The notes beneath the pieces are model-generated. The model saw nothing but the letters and a program-made list of their open reading frames with translations. It made no database searches and had not been told where the DNA came from. DNA of 64,000 nt, taken from the NCBI GenBank assembly GCA_951406725.2, contig OX597822.1:105276001-105340000 (forward strand). Reading direction: 5' to 3'. Source of the DNA: Octopus vulgaris (lineage: Eukaryota). Shown piece after piece: positions 53,762 through 64,000 of this stretch (the first letter of the stretch is position 1; the number at the start of each line of letters is the position of its first letter). The position numbers were made by a program, and so were the translations under genes.

Positions 53762-54095
53762 ACACTCAGTTGTTAGAACGTCGTGCTCACAAGTGTGAGG
53801 CAATGCGTTCGATTCCCGAACCGGGTTGTGTGTTGTGTTCTTGTGCAAGACACTTTATTTCACGTTGCTCCAATTCACTCATCTGTAGAAGTGGGTTGCG
53901 ACATCACTGATGCGAAGCTGTATCGGCCCATTTGCCTTTCCCTTGGATAACGTCAGTGGCGTGGAGAGGTGAATCTGGCACATTTGGGCGATTACTGATC
54001 TTCCATAAACAACCTTGACCGAACTTGTTCCTTGGAGGGGAAATTTCTTAGTGCAATCCCACGGCCATTCGTGACCGAGGGGGATCTTTATCCTT
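53762..54095 (+). mobile_element. tRNA-derived SINE family E (head and core shared with F, different 3' tail)
   Basis: gttcgattccc B box; gttgtgttcttgtgcaagacactttatttcacgttgctcca core; tail gtgcaatcccacggccattcgtgaccgaggggg. Confidence 0.8.
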
Positions 54096-54189
54096 TACTC
54101 AGTACCAGACAGAAACTGTTTGATGGCAGCAATGAAAGATCCCCGCACTGAATGCTTTACTTAACTTTTTCCGTACATCAACATATCAT

Positions 54190-54410
54190 GCACCTGGAAG
54201 CATCATCAGTAATGTTTCCTGGGTTCGTTAGGTGTTCTTGATCTATCAGCATCACTCACCGTGACCCAAGTGTCCGAGCCGAAGTCGATGAAGCTTCAGT
54301 TTATGCCCAGTTAGCAGTACCACTGGTAGCACTGCCTCCTCCTGATCACAGCCATCTTGACGCCGGGTCTGCTGCCTCTAAAGCCATCGTATCATTCTGT
54401 CCCTTTGCTC
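54190..54410 (-). mobile_element. Hero-type (R2-Hero/NeSL group) non-LTR retrotransposon 3' end
   Basis: Minus-strand EAADPASRWL resembles the AAE.ASRWLW C-terminus, followed by a 3' UTR-like gaacacctaacgaacccaggaaacattactgatgatg...gtgcat. Assignment is from recalled similarity. Confidence 0.5.
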
Positions 54411-55599
54411 AACTGTGGTACTTCCTTACATTATTTATATAAAGATTGATAAAACAAGTATCAACGAAACAGTGCGGTCGATTCACTCGACTATATTTCC
54501 TGCCTGATAAAATCTCTGATCTTCGTGCGCAAAATGACGAATCAATAGTTTATATCATTCCTAAAGCATGTTGGTCTCACTCTAATTACGTAGAGTAGCG
54601 GTAAAATTGATCTCCGCCAGATATTTGAGCCTTGATTTTTAGATACAATACACAAATACTAACATCATTTAGAGAAAGGCATGAACATCATAAATTTACA
54701 ATCTCATATGTAAGGAACGATTAAAGAGATTAGGCTTTTTTTTAATGTTTTGATATCTCGTCTACTATTTCAGATTTCATCGTTGAAATTTCTTACCGGG
54801 TTAGATTGAATATTTCATTGGTGCAATATCGATAAAATATGTTGTTCTCGTTATTGTAGTTGCTGTTACTACTACCACTGTTGCTGCTATTGCCGTTGCG
54901 GCTATCGTTGTTGCTGCTGCTGCTACAGATAATGAGCAGGATGGTAATGATGATGATGATGATGAAGCATTCGATCAGCTCTTACCAAACAAATGATGAA
55001 ATTCGTTTTCGCCATGGCCAAAAGTATGCGGGGTGCCCTTCATTTTTATAAGGAAAAGAAATGGAAGGTATCGGCTTAGAATTGGTTGTTATTGGTTATT
55101 ATTTGTAGAAAGTCGATCGACTGAGGAGGAGCTTCACACTGGTCTGTACCCCTAGTACATGAAAGTACCATTAATATTTGAAAACGACAAGCCGGCATAA
55201 TCGTTATCACGCCGGGTAATCTGCTTAGCAGTGTATCGTCTGACTTTAGGTTCTGAGTTTAAATTCCGCCGAGGTCGACATTACCTTTCGTCTCATCGGA
55301 ATCGATAAAATAACTTCTCCCCCTAACCTGAACTTGCTGGCCTCGTGCCAAATCTTGAAATCAATATTTCAAAAGAGGCACAGCGTTATTTAATATGTCC
55401 TTCCTTTTATTTATTGTTTTTAAGTGTGATTTAAAAGATATTTCGTTATAATATCTATAAGAACGAATGACTACACAGAGGTGTCCTATAATCTCCTTCA
55501 ATCAATATGTTTGGTTACCCGTAAAACATTTCTATCTCTAAACCAAAATGTGCCTTTATCCATTGAGTTTATCCTTTGTTTTAATATCCTTTATTTAAT

Positions 55600-56010
55600 G
55601 GGCGCAGGAGTGGCTGTGTGGTAAGTAGCTTGCTTACCAGCCACTTGGTTCCGGGTTCATTCCCACTGCGTGGTACCTTGGGCAAGTGCCTTCTACTATA
55701 GCCTCGGGCCAACCAAAGCATTGTGAGTGGATTTGATGGACGGAAACTGAAAGAAGCCCATCGTATATATGTACATGTATATATATGTGTATGTGTGTGT
55801 GTGTGTGTGTGTGTTTATGTCCCCACCAACATCGCTTGACAACCGATGGTGGTGTGTTTACGTCCCCGTAACTTAGCAGTTCAGCAAAAGAGACCGATAG
55901 AATAAGTACTAGGCTTACAAAGAATAAGTCCTGGGGTCGATTTGCTCGACAAAAGGCGGCGCTCCAGCATGGCCACATTCAGATGACTGAAACAAGTAAA
56001 AGAGTAAAAG
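55600..56010 (+). mobile_element. SINE family C, full-length reference copy
   Basis: tRNA-like head ggcgcaggagtggctgtgtggtaag...gggttca; CORE-like ccttgggcaagtg; internal (TA/TG)n; 3' gactgaaacaagtaaaagagtaaaag. Confidence 0.92.
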
Positions 56011-56565
56011 TGACATAAAGTCCCTATATTCAGTTAGACAAACACTAGAGTTCATGCTATTCGAATGGACACTTACGTTTGTAGTGTCTTAAACGAAGTG
56101 AAACAGCTCCTAGGAATTGAAACACCGTTAAGCTTTTTCGTTGCTCAGAGCATTGCGCTTCTATTATAGTATTTTTTCTCTCATAGAAGAAATCATTATC
56201 TTGCATTATTTTGTGTTGCATGGAATCTTCCATGTATGTAAATAGACGGTGATGTGCGCTACTACTTCGTCAGGCTATATGAAACTCTTGGATAAGTGAA
56301 ACACCAGAAAATTCCTCTTAGCATCGCAAATCTAAACGAGAGGAAAGCGTGTGTATGCTTTATATGTGGAGTGAATGTGACTAGTCTCAATGTGTGCTTG
56401 AAAGAATGTGGCGGCGCTTCGATCAAATGTATAAATCGATTGATCTATATGGCTCTATTTATCCATTATCTTTCTTTCATCTATAACTATTAGCATATAT
56501 TTCTTCTCATTCTTTTTATATTTACATACACATATACATACATGCATATATACATACGTACATAC

Positions 56566-56613
<48 letters not shown>

Positions 56614-59267
56614 AACACATACGCACACACAAATACATGCGTGTATGTCTATATGTGTGCGTATGAATATGCATTTGAATGGAAATCTATGGATGTTTGT
56701 GTGAATATATTTGTATATCTATGTGTAAATATGTGGTGGGGGTATTTTCTTTTGCTTGTACGTGGCTGGGGACATTAATAGGAAATTGCTGAAGCTTGCG
56801 TGTGTGTGTATGAATGTGTGCGTGTGTGTGTGTGTCTGTGACTTATGCGCGCGCATGTGTGTGTGTGACTTATGATGATATGAGCACACATTTCGCCAGC
56901 AAAGGAGAAGAATCTAATTTCATTTCATAGAAACCTCATGTCTTTGGGTTTACTAGTAAAGTAAAAGATCAACAAACCTATATGAAGAGATTAACATCCC
57001 CCGGATAGAATACGATTCCGAGTAATGCTTTAGCAGTTACATTGCATGAATAGAAGCGCTCTGCTAAGGTAGATATATTATAACTTGACAGTATTTTTGT
57101 CTCTTTGCTTCCTTGTTTGTATTTTATCACTGCAATCTTACTGAAGTTCAAAATACTATAAGAAATAAAAATTTAATTTCAGTGTTGAGTGCTAAGGGGT
57201 TTATATCAACCTTGCACAAAAATCAACCTGGCTTTCCCTGGTTTCTATTTGGCGAAAATCGATACCCTTTCCTCGAAAACCCAGAACGAGAACAAGAACG
57301 TTAACTTTGTATTAGTCAACAATATCTATTTTCATCTATGCTACAAATGTTTTACATGGAATCTTCGTTGGTCGGAAAATATCAAAAGTGAAAGATTTAT
57401 CCAAAGTAAAGGAACCTTTGTATATGCAGTATTGATCCTCGATAATGTCATTATTATCAGATAATCCGGCCGATATTATACGCTCACTCCCAGAATTGTG
57501 ATGGTCTGTAGCCAGGAAAGAGGCTTGTAAATGCATTTCTAAAGCAAACTCAAAGGTCATTCCTCTGCACCGGTTTCAGTTCAACCAATGAATGATGCTT
57601 ATTCATTATTAAAATCAATACTGCCAAGAATATAACGTTAGAAATACCTGAGCTGATGCATGTAGTGATGACAAAAATTATACCAATTATTAAAAATAGC
57701 TTTTAAAAAATACTTCAAAGCTTCATGGAAATGAATAGCGAAAACATAATGTCAAATTTTTCCAAATCATTTAAAATAAATCATGAGTTTTATGAGAGAA
57801 TTTCCTTGAAAACTTCTTTTATTAAATATTTAAAAAATGTTTTATTTGTTTATGTATATATTTATTTGTACATTATTTTTATTACTGGAGCAATCATAAT
57901 TTCTTATTTTCATAATTCTCTGTTTAATAAAAGATAATACTATACGCGAGCTCTCCAATGCGAAAAATAGTTTTATCGTGATACTAATAATCATTATTGC
58001 AGAAGATGAATATTGTTTGTCTAGCTGATAACAATTTCATAACGAAAAATGGAAGACTGGAAGGAATAATTTTGAATATGAATATATCTAACAAATATCA
58101 GAACCGCCCACTAAACTACTTCAATGTTAATAACCAGATTTTGGAGACAATTTTGAGATATAATGTTTAACTATAAGCTTTTTCCATGGCCATCTGCAGT
58201 TGTTTTCGTGCTTAGAAGCGTTTTATCAGAGAATACATCTAGACATTTTGAACTGAATTTTGGTTATCAAAATGTTATTGACTACTAAAATAAAGGTTAG
58301 TACGTGAACTAGACGAGGTCCATATGACTTTACTAAATAAACTTCAGCATAAGCGAAAATGGAAGCAACCATTCCTCAAATTTACCCACTGACATTGAGT
58401 AAAAAGGCAGCAAGTCTAATAATCGCTTTTTGCAGATCATATAGCGATATCGAAGCAGCAACAGACAACATCGATGGAAATAGCTGGAACGAGTAATAGT
58501 GTTAAAGCAAAATTTCGTTTCAGAATTATCAAATCAGAGAAGAATTTAATAATTGTTGAAATGTCGACATTTTCGACATTTTATGTGCGGTGTATTTAGG
58601 ATTTGCAAAACAAAAGCACAAACAGAAAAGAAAAGATAGAAAAAAAAAAGACAAACTATTTATATTCGTGAAAATCCCCCAATGAAATAAACGGTTCATT
58701 ATCACTTTATCTACTGGAAATAATAAGAGGCAAACATTTGGAACCAACATTTGATAATATTAGGCAATTAAACTCTCACTATAGCGACTTTATAACCGTT
58801 CATTACATTAAATTGCCGTGGAAGCCATCAGTTGATAGTGAAATCCACTTTTCATATTCAGTTTATTCTTTGTAGATACGTCAATAGTTTATCATCACAG
58901 CAGCAAAACAGTAACTTTATCTTCGTTTCTATCAATATTACTGTTGTATATCACTGTCCTTATATTTTCTGTTTATCTCTTTTTATTTGATGTTGTTTTT
59001 ATACGCCGGTGAAGCTATTAGATTAGGTAGGTTTACTGCGAATGAAATTATATTATGATTTTTTCCAGACTTGCTTTATAAAAGAAAAAAAAATTATTAA
59101 ATCAAGGGAGCGTAATTTGCTAACGCCCCAAAATATTTTACCATTAGTTGAAGTATCAGAAATATTGATATACCAGTCGCAGAATATGACGCAAAATATG
59201 TTCCAGTATGGAGAGTAATAAGGAATTATGCATGCATGAATGTATATTTTTGCATGCTTGTATTTAA

Positions 59268-59317
<50 letters not shown>

Positions 59318-60337
59318 ACATACGTACATTTAAGTATATGCGGTTGCATATATGTACATACATGCACAAATACTTACGTACATACACGCATAGATACAAA
59401 ATACATGCATATATGCATACATACATACATTCATATACACATACATACCTGTGTATGTGTGTGTGAGTGTTTGTGTGCGAGCTCGTATGGATATTTGTAT
59501 GTATATATTTATATGTTTGGATGTTTGCGCTTTTATGGCTTTATACATGTTATATGTGTATATCTGTATTTCTTTGCCTACATGTATATATGTATATAAA
59601 TCTGGGTGCGTATATTTATAAGAGAAAGGTTTGAAATGCCTTTATAAGTATATACGAAAATAATGTAATATTTATACAAATGTTTATTCAACGCCTTCTG
59701 TGCGTATTCGTTGTCAGGAAACATCCATAGGTGCATCTAGTCTCTTATTCAACTGAACAGCAATTTATTCGTTATACATATTCACTACAATAATACAAGC
59801 ATACATATGTATATGTGTGTGTGTTTGTGTGTGCATGTGTATGTTCGTGTATAAGCATTATGTTTACGTATGTACGTGTATGCTTCCATAGCTATGCATA
59901 CTTACATATGGATGTTTCTTTTTACATACATCATATATAAATAATTTACTTCAAGAACTCAGATATTCGCATATCTAACGGGAAAAACCAAATAAGAATT
60001 GTTGTAAGTCTGTGAAAGGCAATAAATGATGTCACTGTATCACATCAGCTAGAAACATATTATCTATAACAACACTAATTGCCCACAAACGTCAGCAAGG
60101 CATAAAACTGACCACTGCGATATGGCATTGTAGCTAATACGTCATAAAATTCAACACATAAGCAGTATTAATTCTGCTGGAATCTCTAAGGTTATGAAGA
60201 CATGGAATTTGTCCAGGAATTCAGCAATAAAAAACTGAAGCCTGGTATTCAAGCAAACCCTCAATGCCAGGAATAATATAACTCGTGATTTCCTCTGGCA
60301 TGAAATAATGGACGTTGATATCTCCTAGATAAGCCTA

Positions 60338-60371
<34 letters not shown>

Positions 60372-60376
<5 letters not shown>

Positions 60377-60538
60377 AACGGGAAACAAAAAACAACAACA
60401 AGGGAACAATTACAGTATTATTATTAATAGGCGCTCAGGAAATGGAAGCAGGAGGTATGACGTTTCGAGCGGAGCTCTTCGTCGGAAACATAAAGAAGGA
60501 AGAGAGAGAAAGAAAGATCCCGGAGCGGGCAACGGAGA
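60372..60538 (-). mobile_element. (TA)n-associated Penelope-like terminal relic with a minimal hammerhead-like motif
   Basis: Minus strand CCGACGA-agagc-tcc-gctc-GAAAC-GTC (about 60459-60485); shares ggcgctcaggaaa with 2665-2678. Confidence 0.65.
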
Positions 60539-60539
60539 T

Positions 60540-60958
60540 ATTGTTGTATTCCGGTATGGTCATTTTTTTGTCAAATAGGCATATGCACTATATTTTCTTC
60601 ACCCGTTTATTACTGTTTTTATTTTTTTTAAATTTTAACTCATGTTCATTGTCCTGAAATCTTTCGTCACACATCTGTGACCTCTGCAGCGACACTTTTC
60701 GTTTTCGTGTATGCTCTTACTCCACTTACCCAAGAACAGAATGGTGTAAGTGGAGCAAGAGCATATACGAAATCGAAAAGTGTAGCTGAAGAGGTCACAG
60801 GCGTATGACGAAAGATTTCCAGACAATGGACATGAGTTAAAATACAAAAAAGAACAAAAATTAAAGTAAGAAATGTAAAAGATGAGTGAAGAACAAATAT
60901 ATAGTACGTGTATTTATCTGGCAAAAAAAAAAGAGAAAATAACCATCCCGAAATATGT
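60540..60958. mobile_element. About 420-bp palindromic element with a hammerhead in each arm
   Basis: Arms 60540-60729 and 60745-60958 are reverse complementary. Plus HHR CTGAAGA (60786-92)-g-gtca..tgac-GAAA-gatttc; minus HHR CTGCAGA-g-gtcac..gtgac-GAAA-gatttc. Confidence 0.75.
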
Positions 60959-61027
60959 TTCAACACCTTCTTTCACATCAGCAATCCTGCGACATAAACT
61001 GATAAACCAATACACACACATACACAT

Positions 61028-61061
<34 letters not shown>

Positions 61062-61063
<2 letters not shown>

Positions 61064-61260
61064 GTTTCTGTGTCTGTGTTTGTCCCCACCATCGCTCGAC
61101 AACCAATGTTGGTGTGTTTCCGCCCCTGTAACTTAGAAGTTTAACAAAAGTCGCTGGTAGAGTAAGAGCTAAACTTACAAAGAATAAATCCTGTGGTCGA
61201 TTTGTTCGAGTAAAGGTGTTGCTCCAGCATGGCCGCAGTCAAATGACTGAAACAAAAGGA
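61062..61260 (+). mobile_element. SINE family C, 3' half
   Basis: gtttgtccccaccatcgctcgacaacc...ggccgcagtcaaatgactgaaac. Confidence 0.85.
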
Positions 61261-61362
61261 TAAATGTATGTATATATATGTACCTATATATATTCATATA
61301 TATGAATATATCACATGCTTATGGGAATATATATATGCATGCGTATATGTGTGTATATGGAC

Positions 61363-61412
<50 letters not shown>

Positions 61413-61432
61413 GTAGATAGATACATAGATAC

Positions 61433-61480
<48 letters not shown>

Positions 61481-63470
61481 GTAGATACATAGATAGATAG
61501 ATAGGTGGATAGATAGATAGATATATGGATAGATAGATAGACAGACAGATAGATAGAGAGAGAGAGAGAAAGAAAGAAAGATGTATATCTGTAGGTATAT
61601 ATATTTATGAACGTATACTTTTTCTAAGTGCAAATATATATCAATTTGTAAGTCTATACAGGTCAGGTGCATACACACACACATACACACACATTCATAC
61701 ATATACATACACACACTCACACATGAATATATACACTATATTATAAGCGATAAAAAGTGTATTAACTTTAAAAAAAATGCCGGTTTACATCACACGGTAT
61801 TCTAATGATGACACAGCGATATTAGAGTATCCAAGTGTATATATATGTATATATATGGTAATAAATGCATACTTCTATCATACGACTTTGAATCAATTCC
61901 AGGAATATCGTTGGGAAGTCAACAATATATTGAATAATGAAGGGGCTCGGGAAAAAGACTTTTTTTTACTGTTGAACAACGTTTCATAAATAACATTGGT
62001 CTGTTTGAAGAGATGCAACAAAGGAGAAATGTAATAATGATTGAAGATTATAAACGTGCAGTTTGTTTTTGCTTTCCATCTATGGATTCTATAAACATGG
62101 CATTACAAAACTGTGGAAAATAATTTCCGAATCTATATTGATAAAATATAAAAAAAAAAAAAAAAAAGATCATACAAGTAAACAAATATTCAATACATTA
62201 TTAATTTCACTTATCAGTAAATTCTTTATGACTTAAGTTACCAATAAAAAAAAAAATAAAAAAAATGTCTAGTGCGACTGATGTCTAGCTGAGCTTTGAA
62301 ACGAAGGAATAATAATAAAATTCGTATTTTCTTTCATCTATAACCAAAAAAAAATATATTTTGCAAACATCTGAATTACAAATCACTTTTTATAACAATC
62401 CCAAAAGGAACTCATTGCGATATAATATTCCTTGATGTTTGATCAAAGAACATTTGCAAATCAAGCGGCAAATCTGTATTTCAACGGATTATCCTAATCT
62501 GTTGTTTTAGAAGACAGATGCTGTAAGTACATTAGGATTAATACATAAGATTTCTTATCATAAATACACAGTAGCGTAGGAACAGTTTATCCGATTTAGC
62601 CAGTGGTTTGTTTCTGTGTACACATACGCAGCAGTAATATCGTCTCTGTATTTGTCGAAGATAAGGAAATCTAAAATATCAACACTATACAAAGCGATAT
62701 ATTAACTACTAATATTTCTATATGGATAACGAAATTGGATGAGTCTAGTTCAAAAGGAAATTGTGGTTGCAAACTAATAAAAATCATTGCAAACATCTGT
62801 TGTGTATCACACCAATATTTGAGATTCACAAGAAATACAATAGATAAATGATTAAACTATAAAACGATAAGAATGAATAAAAAAAAAAAAGGATGGAATG
62901 CATTATATGATTTGTAAAGCAATTGTTCAAAAGTTCGCCCTAATATACAATATTACTTCCTATCTCTCGGACTTCAGATATCGTCTAGAAACCTACAGGA
63001 AATCAATCAATGAATAAATCCCAGCATGCTTAATCTGCAGATACGAAAATGATGTTATCATCGAAGCAAAGTATACAAAGTAGATTATAAACTAGATCGT
63101 TAAAATTCCACTTACTTCTAAAGCAATCTCCATTTATTTCAAACAAGGCGGATAGTTACCAAATATACAAATAGATTGAAACAGTAGCGCCATCTCTGAA
63201 TACACAACACATATGACAAATATCGGTTAAAGCTGCCTTGTCTATAAAATAATATTCTCGAAATAACTTTATGCCGAGGATATGTTGTTATATTAACCCC
63301 ACTAGGCACAGTTCACTGAAAAAAAAATTGTTATTCGATTACCTCGAAGCATATTTCTATAAATGAATTATACGGAATATATTTACAGTTCTCTACAAAA
63401 TAATATTAACAGTCCTCAGTGAACGGAACATGGAAATTATTTTGTTAAAAAAAATATAGAGCTTTAATAT

Positions 63471-63766
63471 GGAAGCACTCCGTCGGTTACGACGACGAGG
63501 GTTCCGGTTGATCCGAATCAACGGAACAGCCTGCTCGTGAAATTAACGTGTAAGTGGCTGAGCACTCCACAGACACGTGTACCCTTAACGTAGTTCTCGG
63601 GGATATTCAGCGTGACACAGAGAGTGACAAGGCCGGCCCTTTGAAATACAGGTACAACAGAAGCAGGAAGTAAGAGTGAGAGAAAGTTGTGGTGAAAGAG
63701 TACAGCAGGGATCACCACCATCCCCTGCCGGAGCCTCGTGGAACTTTTAGGTGTTTTCGCTCAATA
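63471..63766 (-). mobile_element. 5'-truncated SINE family D with a 13-bp TSD
   Basis: Homologous to 15138-15365; flanked by AGAGCTTTAATAT at 63458-63470 and 63767-63779. Confidence 0.9.
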
Positions 63767-64000
63767 AGAGCTTTAATATACACCATTTTGAGAAGCTTCC
63801 AGATTGACAAGAAAGCAAAGTCAGGAGTGTTGTATGTGGTTGCATAAGCGGGAAAAATAGCAGCCAAATCATCTTTAAGGTGCATTCTTAAAATAGAACA
63901 CATTAGATAATGTATTTTAGAGACCCCTGGAAGAGCATCACGTCAACGTAAGAGCTGACGAGGAAGTCTTCTATATTGGCCGTCAAACCTTTAAAATAAC

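Noticed and set aside
57000-59000. Repeat-poor 2-kb stretch examined for exons
   Set aside because: Only short ORFs without recognisable motifs or paired splice sites.

Overview
AT-rich eukaryotic, mostly non-coding DNA (intron or intergenic), saturated with microsatellites and transposon debris. The repeat families look like those of a coleoid cephalopod, probably Octopus; this is an inference from the tRNA-derived SINE families and the very high (TA)n/(TATG)n/(ATT)n density. No intact host gene is recognisable, and most ORFs in the supplied track are microsatellite artefacts (YIYI, poly-I, poly-S). Recognisable elements: four mariner relics; a non-autonomous Helitron; 3' fragments of R4/Dong-, RTE-, Hero- and possibly Tx1-type non-LTR retrotransposons; a possible PIF/ISL2EU transposase fragment; at least four tRNA-derived SINE families, many with target-site duplications; and a non-coding element found only in (ATT)n tracts. 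The most interesting signal is a set of hammerhead-ribozyme (HHR) folds. These include a near-canonical type I HHR (27100-27177) inside a 348-bp partially tandem, retrozyme-like unit; an opposite-strand HHR whose stem II is expanded to about 335 nt (27671-28030); and several Penelope-type inverted repeats with an HHR motif in each arm. One 398-bp open frame with canonical splice sites (37284-37681, minus strand) is a possible orphan exon. All family names come from motif recognition by eye, not from database searches, and repeat boundaries are approximate.
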